Source: an uncultured cyanobacterium (GTDB taxonomy: Bacteria > Cyanobacteriota > Cyanobacteriia > Cyanobacteriales > Nostocaceae). From it: 64,000 bases of DNA. Below the pieces are notes generated by a model, which had not been told where the DNA came from, made no database searches, and was given only the letters and a program-made list of their open reading frames with translations. Positions within the stretch are counted from its first letter, which is position 1; the number at the start of each line of letters is the position of its first letter. This document shows, piece by piece, positions 42,998-54,008 of the stretch. The stretch lies in contig CAVUDP010000001.1 of NCBI GenBank assembly GCA_963740315.1, positions 1,312,001-1,376,000 of the forward strand. The letters are read 5' to 3'. The position numbers and the translations under genes were made by a program.

Positions 42998-43714
42998 ATG
43001 GGGGCATGGGAAGAGCAAGCAAAGCGAACAACTCGGCAAAGAAAGTTATGGTTGGAAACTCAAGAGTTTATTTTTATTGATGCTCTGCAAAATGCCACTA
43101 ACGAGGAAGAAGTCAAGGCTGCTTACATTAGAGAATTTTCTCTACCAGTAAAAATTCAAGAAAGACATGATTTATTGGTAGATAAAATTTTATTTGAATT
43201 TAAGTATTCAGTTAAGCTTAATGAAATAGAGGTTGCAGCGAAGGTTATTGCTCAAACTATTTACTATGTTAATCGTCTATTCAAAAAAGGACGTATAGAT
43301 GAAGTAAAGTATCTTGTAGTTGCTGATAAAGATGAGGCTAGACTGTTTAAGGTTGAAGATTTTCAAATATTTTATAAGAGTAATGAATATGAGTGGGATA
43401 ATTTTCGTCCCAGTTCCCCCAATCCTCAATTAATCAAAGCTATCAAAAATTCTAAAATTTTAGAGTCTAATAGAATTTATAAGTTAACTTGTCAAGATGA
43501 ATTGTATCTGTTTTCAAGTCGCCTTTATCAAATATTGTCTACTAAGCCTTTAATAAAGCCTAAAAGCAACTTACACAAAATACAAAATTTCAGTCTTGGT
43601 AAATTTTGGATAATTGGCTTCGGATTGATTCTGATATTATCTGCAAGCATTGGAATATTAAGACAACAATACTTAAATAATTCAAATAAATTAGTTCCAA
43701 CACAACAGGAGTGA
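42998..43714 (+). CDS. Hypothetical protein: putative PD-(D/E)xK nuclease-like domain with C-terminal TM helix
   Basis: NEEEVK...HDLLVDKILFEFK...AQTIYY; TM FWIIGFGLILILSASIGIL; GGAG before ATG 42998. Confidence 0.6.
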   Translation: MGAWEEQAKRTTRQRKLWLETQEFIFIDALQNATNEEEVKAAYIREFSLPVKIQERHDLLVDKILFEFKYSVKLNEIEVAAKVIAQTIYYVNRLFKKGRIDEVKYLVVADKDEARLFKVEDFQIFYKSNEYEWDNFRPSSPNPQLIKAIKNSKILESNRIYKLTCQDELYLFSSRLYQILSTKPLIKPKSNLHKIQNFSLGKFWIIGFGLILILSASIGILRQQYLNNSNKLVPTQQE

Positions 43715-43729
43715 TAAGGATCACACACA

Positions 43730-44917
43730 ATGCCTTCATCAAAGAAAAAAAAGCAAGTTCCAAATACTATAATCACGGTAGGTAGAAAAGGTACTACATA
43801 TCAACAGAAAATATCTCAAAGTACTCAAAGAGCTTATGGTTCTACCTATGAAGATTCAGATGAGTACAAAGAAGTAATTATAGATAGATCCGCAGCAGAA
43901 ATTATTGACCAAATTAATAAAAGGGTGAAAAGTCCTTACTATTCTATATATTGTGGAATTACTGGAATAATATTATTTTTTGTTTTTCCTCCTTTATTTA
44001 TTGTTTTAGCAGTTGTGACTTATTTAGTCTATAGAGAAGATGTTAAACGCAAAACAACACCCCTTTTTTATAACTTTTCTGATGACTACTCAGAGAAAAA
44101 ATTTTATGAAGGTATTGCATCTTTTTCTAATTTAGCTATGACTAAAAGTTCATGGCGATTGAAATCACAAGTTGCAGTTAATGATTGGAAAAGAAACGCT
44201 GGGTCTAATTCGTCACTTATTCGACATCGTTCAAAGATAGGTAAACAAAATCCTAATCTCCTCAAGACTAACGTTGAAGTTTGGGGTTTTGATGCTGGAA
44301 ATATTAAATTTTACTTGTTCCCTGACTGTGTTTTTATATTTCAAGATGGTGTTTATAGTACGATATCTTATAGTGAAGTTCGGGTATCCTTAAACGATTT
44401 GGAATATGTAGAGCAAGAGTCGCTTCCTAATGATGCAACTGTTATCGGAAAAACTTGGAAATATGTCCGACGTGATGGTGGTAGAGACCGACGTTTCAAC
44501 AATAATCGCCAACTTCCTATCGTAAATTATGGATTAGTTGCTTTTTCATCACCAAACTTTATTGCTTATCTAATTGTTTCTAGCCTTGAAATTTCTTCGT
44601 CTTTTACTCAATCTTTTAATAAAGTTTTAGGTTTATCTAGTAATAGTGCTAAAACTCGAATTACTTCAGAAAATCAATTCAAAACTCCGTTACCAGAGTT
44701 AGATTTGTCTCCAGAGCATCTGCAACCTTTAAGAAGAGCAGCATCTGAGAATTCTGAATTAACAACTAAGCAAATCGCACAGATGCTTGGTGTATCTAAT
44801 TCTTTTATTACTAAAAATCCTGTAAGCTTTGATTACGAAGGATTTCATTTTATTCGTTCAGGTCGTTCAGGTCGTCAAATATCTTGGAAGGTTGAGTATC
44901 TTGGTAATAAAACATAG
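43730..44917 (+). CDS. Hypothetical membrane protein (DUF4236-associated type) with C-terminal HTH-like segment
   Basis: TM hairpin, WKRNAG, WKYVRRDGGRDRRFNNNRQLPIVNYG, LTTKQIAQMLGVS. Confidence 0.6.
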   Translation: MPSSKKKKQVPNTIITVGRKGTTYQQKISQSTQRAYGSTYEDSDEYKEVIIDRSAAEIIDQINKRVKSPYYSIYCGITGIILFFVFPPLFIVLAVVTYLVYREDVKRKTTPLFYNFSDDYSEKKFYEGIASFSNLAMTKSSWRLKSQVAVNDWKRNAGSNSSLIRHRSKIGKQNPNLLKTNVEVWGFDAGNIKFYLFPDCVFIFQDGVYSTISYSEVRVSLNDLEYVEQESLPNDATVIGKTWKYVRRDGGRDRRFNNNRQLPIVNYGLVAFSSPNFIAYLIVSSLEISSSFTQSFNKVLGLSSNSAKTRITSENQFKTPLPELDLSPEHLQPLRRAASENSELTTKQIAQMLGVSNSFITKNPVSFDYEGFHFIRSGRSGRQISWKVEYLGNKT

Positions 44918-44970
44918 AGTCCCTATGTTCTATAAACGAAAAAATGAGCTAGATGTTATAGACAATCAAA

Positions 44971-45213
44971 TTGGTGTCTTGGAATCCCCAGGACACTTGT
45001 AATAACTAAAGCAACATCAAAGTAACTTATGAAGGCGAAATAAGTCAAAATCAAATTGGCACCAGCCCACTTCATGCTAGCCAAAGTTTCTAAAATCACC
45101 TTTTTATCATCAATTCAACCCTCCCCTACAGTAGCTTTAATCATTTCATATTCTTCAGTAGCGTTATATGCTGTGACGGTTGATTTTGTTGCTGATTTTA
45201 TCAAGTAAATATC
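44971..45213 (-). pseudogene. hemB: Remnant of hemB 3' end and downstream flank
   Basis: Aligns to ~50977-51221 of the intact hemB; Trp codon changed to TGA and a +1 indel. Confidence 0.88.
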
Positions 45214-45218
45214 AATCT

Positions 45219-46292
45219 TCAACCAAAACCCACCGCACGATTACTTTTAGACCAAATTAACACTTCACCATTTTGACCCCCAGCAGCAATTTTATTACCT
45301 TGGGGATGCCATGCAACGCAAGAAAACCCGTTTTTAGCACCTTGGAGAACTTGCGCTACTTTTTTCGCTTTTTTCCACAAACAAAGCCAACCGTCAGCAG
45401 CAGCAGAAGCAAGCATTAAATTATCGGGTGCAAATTCGATTGCTTCTACAATATCGCTGTGATTGGTTAATACAGTCGCACCCCAACCCGAAGATGCATC
45501 ATCTTGCTTTTCCCAAATAACGATACTTTCTCCGCTAGAAGATGCCAGCAATGGCTCTTTTTTAGATGTATTGACTTTTGACCAAGCTAAATGACGAATC
45601 TTACCTGGAAAACCATGCATTAACCAAGGCTCGGCTTGTTTAGCATTAGTAATAAAATCTGTTTCCAATACACAGATAGTTTTATCCATGTTACCCGAAG
45701 CAATATATTTACCATCAGACGACCAAGCCACAGCAACACTAGCCGATGGTACGCTAAAGAAATACGGGTGTTCATCCCATTCATGAGAGCGCCAAATTTT
45801 CACACCTTGATAACCAGCGATCGCCAGAAATTTACCATCATGACTCCAGTCAATACTTAGTACTGAAGAGTTATCAAAATTCAAGGTGACAACAATTTCT
45901 TGAATATCTGCATTCCAAACCTGTACTAATGGTCCCAAACTAAAAGCTAGTAAATTTTTGCGGGGACTCCATGCTAATTTATCTACCCAAGCTGGAGCAT
46001 TTTCTAAAGTCGCAATCAGTTGATGATTAGAGGTACTCCAAATTTTTACTTTACCATCTTGTCCGCCAACTGCTAAAAACTTTGCATCAGTAGAAAAAGC
46101 TAATCCATCAATAGAAGTATTAGTAACTTCTTGCAAAGTTATTAATTCGTTTTCCACAAAAACTTTTACTTCTCCAGCAGCAGAACTTATCGCTAAAGTA
46201 CTACCATCAGGCGACCATTTTACAGCGGTTATATAATCAGAAAGTATATTATTCCAATTTAAATCAAAGTCAGTAGATTTAATAGTTTTCAT
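45219..46292 (-). CDS. WD40-repeat protein (COG0523 partner)
   Basis: Repeated WSPDG..LA.....G.V..W units; downstream of cobW. Confidence 0.9.
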   Translation of the reverse strand: MKTIKSTDFDLNWNNILSDYITAVKWSPDGSTLAISSAAGEVKVFVENELITLQEVTNTSIDGLAFSTDAKFLAVGGQDGKVKIWSTSNHQLIATLENAPAWVDKLAWSPRKNLLAFSLGPLVQVWNADIQEIVVTLNFDNSSVLSIDWSHDGKFLAIAGYQGVKIWRSHEWDEHPYFFSVPSASVAVAWSSDGKYIASGNMDKTICVLETDFITNAKQAEPWLMHGFPGKIRHLAWSKVNTSKKEPLLASSSGESIVIWEKQDDASSGWGATVLTNHSDIVEAIEFAPDNLMLASAAADGWLCLWKKAKKVAQVLQGAKNGFSCVAWHPQGNKIAAGGQNGEVLIWSKSNRAVGFG

Positions 46293-46380
46293 TTGTACCT
46301 TAAACGAAGGAAGAATTTAGAATTTAGAAGGAATAAAATGGCGAAATATAGCATTTATTAAGCAACCGAGGTACAGCTTC

Positions 46381-46448
46381 ACCTCACCCCAATAAAGCTG
46401 TGCTTTATCTCCCCTCTCCTTACTAAGGAGAGGGGCTGGGGGTGAGGT
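46381..46448. repeat. Three-way palindromic dispersed repeat
   Basis: ACCTCACCCC...GGGGTGAGGT enclosing ATAAAGC-TGT-GCTTTAT and CCCCTCTCCTT-ACT-AAGGAGAGGGG. Confidence 0.7.
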
Positions 46449-46487
46449 TTTGAGGTATACATCAGTAGCTGTAACTATTAATAAAAA

Positions 46488-47456
46488 TTAAGCCATACAA
46501 GCGAGAAAATCTTTCTTTAACTGAGTTTCATCTAAATTGCGACCAATAAAAACCAGTTCATTCTGACGTTGTTCGCCTTCTTTCCACAAACGGTCTGGTT
46601 TCCCATCTAATAACATATGTACTCCTTGGAAAACAAACCTTTCATCTTCTCCAGCAATATTTAAAATACCTTTCATGCGGAAAATATCGGGTCCTTTAGT
46701 TTGTAATAAATTACTTAACCATTGATTTAATTTATCCCCGTCTAATTTACCTTTTTCCACCAAAGCTATAGAATAAACAGTTTCATCATGTTCGTGAGCA
46801 TCTTCGCTTAAAAAATTTGGGTCAACTTCCAAAGCTCTATCTAAATCAAAAGCTTTCACCCCTAAAAGCGCATCCATTTCTAACTCAGAATTCCGAGTAC
46901 GGTAGATTTTTGCCATTGCATTCATTCCCCGTATCCTCAGTTCTAATTCTTCAAGTTGTTCTGGGGTTACTAAATCAGTTTTATTAAGTAAAATTACATC
47001 AGCAAAAGCAATTTGTTCTTGAGCTTCATCCGCATCCCAATGTTGCCAAATATGCTTGGCATCAACTACCGTAATTACAGCATCTAAATTCAATTTTTCC
47101 CGCATATCCTCATCTACAAAGAAAGTCTGAATTACAGGTGCGGGGTCTGCGAGTCCAGTAGTTTCAATTACTAAATGGTCAAATTTATCACGGCGCTTCA
47201 TTAAATTAGCAATGATGCGAATCAAATCACCACGTACCGTACAGCAAATGCAGCCATTATTCATTTCAAAGATTTCTTCATCAGCATCGATAACCAATTG
47301 ATTATCAATTCCGACTTCCCCAAATTCATTGACTATCACCGCGACTTTCTTACCATGCTCGTGGGTGAGAATCCGGTTAAGTAAAGTTGTTTTTCCCGCT
47401 CCTAAATAACCAGTGAGAACGGTTACGGGGACTGTATCTAAAGCTTGAGCAGTCAT
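46488..47456 (-). CDS. COG0523/CobW-family metallochaperone GTPase
   Basis: TGYLGAGKTT, VNEFG, GCICCTVR, ETTGLADP, HEHD, FQGVH. Confidence 0.95.
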   Translation of the reverse strand: MTAQALDTVPVTVLTGYLGAGKTTLLNRILTHEHGKKVAVIVNEFGEVGIDNQLVIDADEEIFEMNNGCICCTVRGDLIRIIANLMKRRDKFDHLVIETTGLADPAPVIQTFFVDEDMREKLNLDAVITVVDAKHIWQHWDADEAQEQIAFADVILLNKTDLVTPEQLEELELRIRGMNAMAKIYRTRNSELEMDALLGVKAFDLDRALEVDPNFLSEDAHEHDETVYSIALVEKGKLDGDKLNQWLSNLLQTKGPDIFRMKGILNIAGEDERFVFQGVHMLLDGKPDRLWKEGEQRQNELVFIGRNLDETQLKKDFLACMA

Positions 47457-47474
47457 CCTTATTCTCCGAGATAA

Positions 47475-47489
47475 TGAAAATCATTCTCG
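47475..47489. promoter_or_regulatory. Zur box
   Basis: TGAAAATCATTCTCG just upstream of cobW start. Confidence 0.7.
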
Positions 47490-47634
47490 TAATATGGTAC
47501 TGCATTACCTTTAGATAGAAGCTAACTTGAATAATAAAATTTGTAATGCTTTACCTGAAATGATTCGGGCAATTAAATTTTTTTAATTCCTAATTCGCTA
47601 AATATAGAACAATTAAATAGCAAATGGCAAAAAA

Positions 47635-48381
47635 CTAATTAGAAGCAACAGGTGTTTTTTTAGCTCCAAAACCCTTATTTACCCCGTAGCGAACAGTCTT
47701 AAATTCTACTTGATTATTATTCGGGTTGTAGAGAGTGTAAGTTGCCTCTCCTGATTTTCTGCCCACATTCCCTACACCTACTACCATACGTGGAGTGACA
47801 TTGATAGTTTGATTTGGTGTTTGATTATCAAGGGTAGTTATTCCCGTATCAATCGAACCAGCTTCTAAATTATATTGAAAAGTCAAACCAGAACGAGCGC
47901 AAAATAAATTATTAGCTTGCATACGTGCTACCCGGTCTAACATAATAACTGGAGAAGTTTCCGGAGTTAATGCTTCATCCACAGATACAGTTGTACCGTG
48001 AATTAATAAACAATCTAATTCAAAGAAACCAAAATCAAGATTTCGTATCCACTCCACAGTATTACGAGAAACATTATCCCATAGTAATTTTACTGTCTCG
48101 TCACCAAATTTTTCCAATAAATTGGTAGGTTCTGAAGTTGCAGATAAACTATGCAGTATCAAACATTGCTCCTCCCACCAGCCCTTACAAACGAGCGGTG
48201 TTAACCCAAACTGTGGCTGACGCAAACGTTCCGCCAGTTTCTCAGACTCCGGAGTTGGTCCGATCGCATCTCCTAGAATATATAAAGCTTCTATATAACG
48301 ACTTTGACGTTTAATATCCGCCATCACAGCTTCATAAGCTGCTAAATTACCTTCAATACCGCTTAAAATTGCCCACTTCAT
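47635..48381 (-). CDS. Metallophosphoesterase-fold protein with degenerate metal ligands
   Basis: SGIEGN, GDAIG, GWWEE, IHG, FCARSG in place of D.H/GD/GNH/H/GH.H. Confidence 0.8.
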   Translation of the reverse strand: MKWAILSGIEGNLAAYEAVMADIKRQSRYIEALYILGDAIGPTPESEKLAERLRQPQFGLTPLVCKGWWEEQCLILHSLSATSEPTNLLEKFGDETVKLLWDNVSRNTVEWIRNLDFGFFELDCLLIHGTTVSVDEALTPETSPVIMLDRVARMQANNLFCARSGLTFQYNLEAGSIDTGITTLDNQTPNQTINVTPRMVVGVGNVGRKSGEATYTLYNPNNNQVEFKTVRYGVNKGFGAKKTPVASN

Positions 48382-48385
48382 TATG

Positions 48386-48520
48386 ATTTTGGATTTTAGA
48401 TTTTAGATTTTAGATTAAAGAGTTAGGAGTTAGGAATGAGGAGTTAGGAGTTAGGAGTTATTTAATTTTGGATTTTAGATTATAAAATTTTCCTATTACC
48501 AATTCCCCATGCCCAATCCC
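48386..48520. repeat. STRR block (ATTTTAG, TAGGAGT, CCCAAT-type)
   Basis: Direct reading. Confidence 0.75.
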
Positions 48521-49330
48521 CTACTTAGTACAAACATGAGTTGGGTCATCTGCGCGTTCTGCAAACTCTATTCCCCGCGCTAAACGCCATGCAAAGATGG
48601 GTGGTAATCCTTTTTCTACAATTGCTGTACAGGTTTTTTGATAATCGTAAGTAACTTCTCTTAATATCACTTCTTGAGTGTCAGTGTCATAAATTACATA
48701 AGTTGCATTGGGTCTTCCATGTCTTGGTTCTCCTACCGAACCTGCATTAATAATCTTTTTCAAGTTAGCTGTAAAGCTTTTTTCTTCAGATGAATTTTTG
48801 CTTTCCACTCGAATTTTTAGTTTACCTGAATCTAAATTACGGTAATAAGGTGCATGAGTATGTCCGCAAAAAAGCACATCTGCACCTGATGAAATCACTC
48901 TTTCCAATGCTACAAATGCATCGAGTTCTGGTAATAAATATTCGTGGTTACTGTGGGGACTACCGTGAACAAAAGCCAAGTTATCTTCTTTGATAATATG
49001 AGGTAATTGAGCTAAAAAGTCGCGATTTTCTGGTTTTATCTGTTTATTAGTCCACTCATGAGCGATAAGACCACGTTGTTCTGCTAACAATGAAGGATAA
49101 CTACAATCGCAAGCATTTAAACCTTCAACTACGTCTTCATCCCAACAACCAGCACAGGTAGGAATATTTAAAGAACGAATTTTTTCTACTACTTGATTAG
49201 GATAAGGACCATACCCAACTAAATCACCCAAACAAAATATTTTTTCAGCAAAATATTTATCTATATCTAATAAAACAGCATCCAAAGCCTCTATATTACC
49301 GTGAATACATGACATAACTGCTATTTTCAT
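48521..49330 (-). CDS. Metallophosphoesterase (YfcE/calcineurin-like) with Cys substitutions
   Basis: SCIHGN, GDLVGYG, GCWDE, VHGSP, CGHTH, NAGSVG. Confidence 0.88.
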   Translation of the reverse strand: MKIAVMSCIHGNIEALDAVLLDIDKYFAEKIFCLGDLVGYGPYPNQVVEKIRSLNIPTCAGCWDEDVVEGLNACDCSYPSLLAEQRGLIAHEWTNKQIKPENRDFLAQLPHIIKEDNLAFVHGSPHSNHEYLLPELDAFVALERVISSGADVLFCGHTHAPYYRNLDSGKLKIRVESKNSSEEKSFTANLKKIINAGSVGEPRHGRPNATYVIYDTDTQEVILREVTYDYQKTCTAIVEKGLPPIFAWRLARGIEFAERADDPTHVCTK

Positions 49331-50103
49331 ACCGGCATTCCTTCTAATAACATCTGTTTAACTTGTTCTTGGTACTGCTTAACTAATAAATCTGATAAAA
49401 AACAATCAGATAAAGTTTGTTTGAGAGCAGTTTCATCCAAATTTTCTCCCGCTACTTCAATACCGCTAAAACGTTGTGGTCTACCTTCTAAATAACGAGG
49501 TAAATTTAATTCTAAAAAACCTATCTGAGGTACACCCATTACAAAATCACAGTAAATACTTCTACCATCATTAACGTCAAAAATTGCCTTAGCACGAGTA
49601 ACATTACCATAAGCACCGTGAGTTAATTCATACCAAAACTCTTCTAAAGAATCTTCGTCAATAACTTGAGTATCAGTTACAACTCTCCATAAATGTTTAG
49701 ATGAATTAGTTTCTGCTGGAACTCCCCGAATAATTTCATCAGCCCAAGCATGATATTCAGAATCTTCGAGATGGGGAGGTAATACAGCTACAGGATGGTA
49801 AGGTAAATTATTCAATATTGGTGATAAACTGCTCAAGTGCAAATAAAAACCCAACTCAATATAAATCGCTTTCGCTTCGGGTATTTGCTTGAGTAAATCA
49901 ACTTCTTGATTGTCACTAAAAACTTGTATTTGGGGAAAATCGGCTGCAATTCGGTTTTTATCTATAGAAACATTACCAGTACCAGGACTGAAATAAATAA
50001 TATCTTTATCTTCGACAGTTGTATCTTGGATTTGCTGATGAATCCAAGCAGTTTTTCCCGAACCCGCGCAACCAGCGACAACGTTAATTAAAGGTACAGC
50101 CAT
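49327..50103 (-). CDS. Degenerate CobW-like protein (Walker A + CobW_C-like domain)
   Basis: VAGCAGSGKT; YGNVTRAKAIF; stop overlaps start of phosphoesterase. Confidence 0.7.
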   Translation of the reverse strand: MAVPLINVVAGCAGSGKTAWIHQQIQDTTVEDKDIIYFSPGTGNVSIDKNRIAADFPQIQVFSDNQEVDLLKQIPEAKAIYIELGFYLHLSSLSPILNNLPYHPVAVLPPHLEDSEYHAWADEIIRGVPAETNSSKHLWRVVTDTQVIDEDSLEEFWYELTHGAYGNVTRAKAIFDVNDGRSIYCDFVMGVPQIGFLELNLPRYLEGRPQRFSGIEVAGENLDETALKQTLSDCFLSDLLVKQYQEQVKQMLLEGMPV

Positions 50104-50178
50104 TTCAGTTATCAGTTATCAGTTATCAGTGATAGATTGATGAAAATTTATTAACCCTAAGTATAAACTATATGTGAA

Positions 50179-50193
50179 TGATAATCGTTTTCA
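50179..50193. promoter_or_regulatory. Zur box
   Basis: TGATAATCGTTTTCA upstream of the three-gene phosphoesterase operon. Confidence 0.8.
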
Positions 50194-50274
50194 GTTGTTT
50201 TGGAAATATTAAATTTATAGCGTCCCAGGCAATGGTGAAGTTTTGTTTCCCATTGCCTATATTCAAGTTATCAA

Positions 50275-50925
50275 TTAATGAAAATTAGCCTTGTGTCGAA
50301 TCAAATTCATGAATTCCTCGCGAGTTTTGGCATCTTCTGCAAATACACCACGCATTGCACTAGTTACAGTCCAAGAACCGGGTTTTTGTACGCCACGCAT
50401 TACCATACACATATGACTAGCTTCTACAACTACTGCCACACCTTGGGGTTTGAGTAAACCTTGGAGCGCATCAGCAATTTGTAAAGTCAATCTTTCCTGT
50501 ACTTGTAACCGTCTTGCGTACATTTCACAAATGCGGGCAATTTTTGATAATCCAATGACTTTCCCATTAGGAATATAAGCGACATGAGCGCGACCAAGGA
50601 TTGGTAAAATATGGTGTTCGCAGGAACTAAAAATATCAATATCTCTGACCAATACCATTTCGTTGGCATCTTCTGTAAACACTGCACCATTTAACAGTTC
50701 ATCCAAAGATTCATGGTAGCCTTTAGTCAAAAATTGTAAGGCTTTCACAACTCTTTTTGGAGTATCCTTGAGTCCTTCTCTATCTGGGTCTTCTCCTAAT
50801 CCAAGTAATAAAGTTCTTACGGCTTGCATCATTTCTTCATCCGTAATCTTTGGTTTATTTTGTGTAGATAAAGATGAAACAACTTGCTCGGCAGAATTTA
50901 ATTCGGGACGAAAAGATAAAGTCAT
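50275..50925 (-). CDS. folE: GTP cyclohydrolase I
   Basis: [41 protein letters not shown]. Confidence 0.96.
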   Translation of the reverse strand: MTLSFRPELNSAEQVVSSLSTQNKPKITDEEMMQAVRTLLLGLGEDPDREGLKDTPKRVVKALQFLTKGYHESLDELLNGAVFTEDANEMVLVRDIDIFSSCEHHILPILGRAHVAYIPNGKVIGLSKIARICEMYARRLQVQERLTLQIADALQGLLKPQGVAVVVEASHMCMVMRGVQKPGSWTVTSAMRGVFAEDAKTREEFMNLIRHKANFH

Positions 50926-51011
50926 TATTTTAATTTAATTGAAATTATTGCACTGGAATCTAACAGCTCCCGTCGGTTGATATCTTGAAATCCCCAAGAC
51001 ACTAGTACTAA

Positions 51012-52115
<1,104 letters not shown>

Positions 52116-52194
52116 GTGTTGTGGTAATATACAAAAGCCTGATGGGAATAAGAGTATTTACACTTAGACTTGAGTTTTTAAGAACATCTACCTT

Positions 52195-53913
52195 ATGAGT
52201 ATTCACACAATGACAACAAATCAATTTTTCGACGAAGAACTATATCTTGCCAATAATCCAGAAGTTGCGACTTCGGTAAGAGAAGGAAAGTACGCTTCTG
52301 GATACGATGAATTTACCCAAGTCGGGCAATTTGTTGAGCGTAGCGGTGTTATATTTAATGGCACAAATGGGAATGATACAGTTCAAGCTTCCGGACAAAA
52401 ATCCTCAGTTATAGGTGTTAATGTTGAGACAGCCGAAGTTGGGAATCGATTAATTAATGCTAAAACCTCATCCTTGGGAATTGGTGAAGTCGATACTTTG
52501 CTGGGTTCACCGGGACGTAATGTATTTTACCTTGGAGATAATGCCGCAGAAAATCCTTCAGATTTCTATTTAGGTAATGGTGATGAGGATTATGCAGTTA
52601 TTCGTTATTTTGATCCTACTAGTGAAGATGCGGTATATTTAGCGGGTAAGCCTGAAGATTATACATTAGAGACGGTAGATAATAGCGTTCGTATTTCTAA
52701 AAACGACGACCTCATGGGTATTGTTGAGGGTGTAACAAAACTGATTCCCGATGGTTTATTTACAGATAACGGGCTGTTGCTATTTGCCCCAGAAAATTCT
52801 TATTATGCTAGAAATAGTCAACCTTACTTCAATCAACCAGCATATCTCGCAGCAAATCCCGATGTTGAAGCATTGATTGATTCAGGAGAATATCGATCGG
52901 CTTGGGACCACTTTATCAAAGCTGGGATTGACGAAGAAAGACAGACATTTTTTAACGGAGTAGTCGGAAACGATCGCTTTTTCTATCCCCTGGGAAATGC
53001 CACAATAGTCGGCTTTCCAATTACTGAATACGATCCAGCGACAGGAGCAATCAAAACAGCAACAACTGGAACAGGTGACAGAGACCATTATCACGGTTCT
53101 TTTGGTAGCGATCGCTTTTTGTTAGGAAATCAAGGACAAGATTTCTATGTTGGTAAAGGGGATGAAGATTATGTATTGATTGGTGATTTCGATCCTAAAG
53201 AAGACCAATTAATTGTCGCTGGGAATCTTGATGACTATCAGTTAGGAACATACGACGATGTATATGAAGGAGTTGTCTATAAGGAATTCCAGATTGCCAA
53301 CAAAGATGGTGATATCATGGCTCGGATCGAAGATGGTGAGAATTTGCAACTGGTGCAAATTGCCAGCGATATTCCTGGTACAAATGCTTTCGTTTCGACG
53401 GAATATGAAGGATTAACTCCAACCCTTCCGAGCGAACCGATATTTGGTACATTTGGCAATGATTTGATGACCATCGATAAAAGTAATCAATTGGTTTTCG
53501 CTGGAGGTGGAGACGATTTGATTGATGCGATCGCAAGTTTAGGAAATAATCGTCTTGATGGTGGAAAAGGCAATGATACATTTATCCTCGGTCAAGGTGA
53601 TATGGTGTTTGGGGAAGATGGAAACGACAGATTCTTTGCTCAATCAGGTGGTGGAAATGTGCTAACAGGTGGTGAGGGAGCAGATCAATTTTGGATTGCG
53701 ACAAGTGAAATACCTCAAGAAACAAACACCATTACCGACTTTAAAATTGGCGAAGATGTTATAGGAATAGCCGGGAGTGGTGGAGATTTTAGTAATTTGA
53801 CATTTACACAACAAAGTCAGGATTTGTCGATCGGCTTTGACGGTAGTAACTTAGCAGTCTTAGAGGGTATCCAAGCAAGTAGTTTGAATGCAGATAATTT
53901 TGTATTTGTCTAA
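52195..53913 (+). CDS. Acidic RTX/hemolysin-type Ca-binding protein with internal duplication
   Basis: Two YLA.NP(E/D)V modules, two DFY.G.GDEDY modules, C-terminal GG.G.D nonapeptides and NTITDF...ADNFVFV tail. Confidence 0.8.
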   Translation: MSIHTMTTNQFFDEELYLANNPEVATSVREGKYASGYDEFTQVGQFVERSGVIFNGTNGNDTVQASGQKSSVIGVNVETAEVGNRLINAKTSSLGIGEVDTLLGSPGRNVFYLGDNAAENPSDFYLGNGDEDYAVIRYFDPTSEDAVYLAGKPEDYTLETVDNSVRISKNDDLMGIVEGVTKLIPDGLFTDNGLLLFAPENSYYARNSQPYFNQPAYLAANPDVEALIDSGEYRSAWDHFIKAGIDEERQTFFNGVVGNDRFFYPLGNATIVGFPITEYDPATGAIKTATTGTGDRDHYHGSFGSDRFLLGNQGQDFYVGKGDEDYVLIGDFDPKEDQLIVAGNLDDYQLGTYDDVYEGVVYKEFQIANKDGDIMARIEDGENLQLVQIASDIPGTNAFVSTEYEGLTPTLPSEPIFGTFGNDLMTIDKSNQLVFAGGGDDLIDAIASLGNNRLDGGKGNDTFILGQGDMVFGEDGNDRFFAQSGGGNVLTGGEGADQFWIATSEIPQETNTITDFKIGEDVIGIAGSGGDFSNLTFTQQSQDLSIGFDGSNLAVLEGIQASSLNADNFVFV

Positions 53914-53946
53914 TTTCATTTGTGATATTCGGTATTAGTAAATTAG

Positions 53947-53977
53947 TAATCTACCACATAAATTATGCGGTAGATTA
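53947..53977. terminator. Hairpin between convergent RTX gene and porin
   Basis: TAATCTACCACATAA-A-TTATGCGGTAGATTA. Confidence 0.6.
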
Positions 53978-54008
53978 TTTGGTAAATACTACTCCAAAGT
54001 TTTGATTC

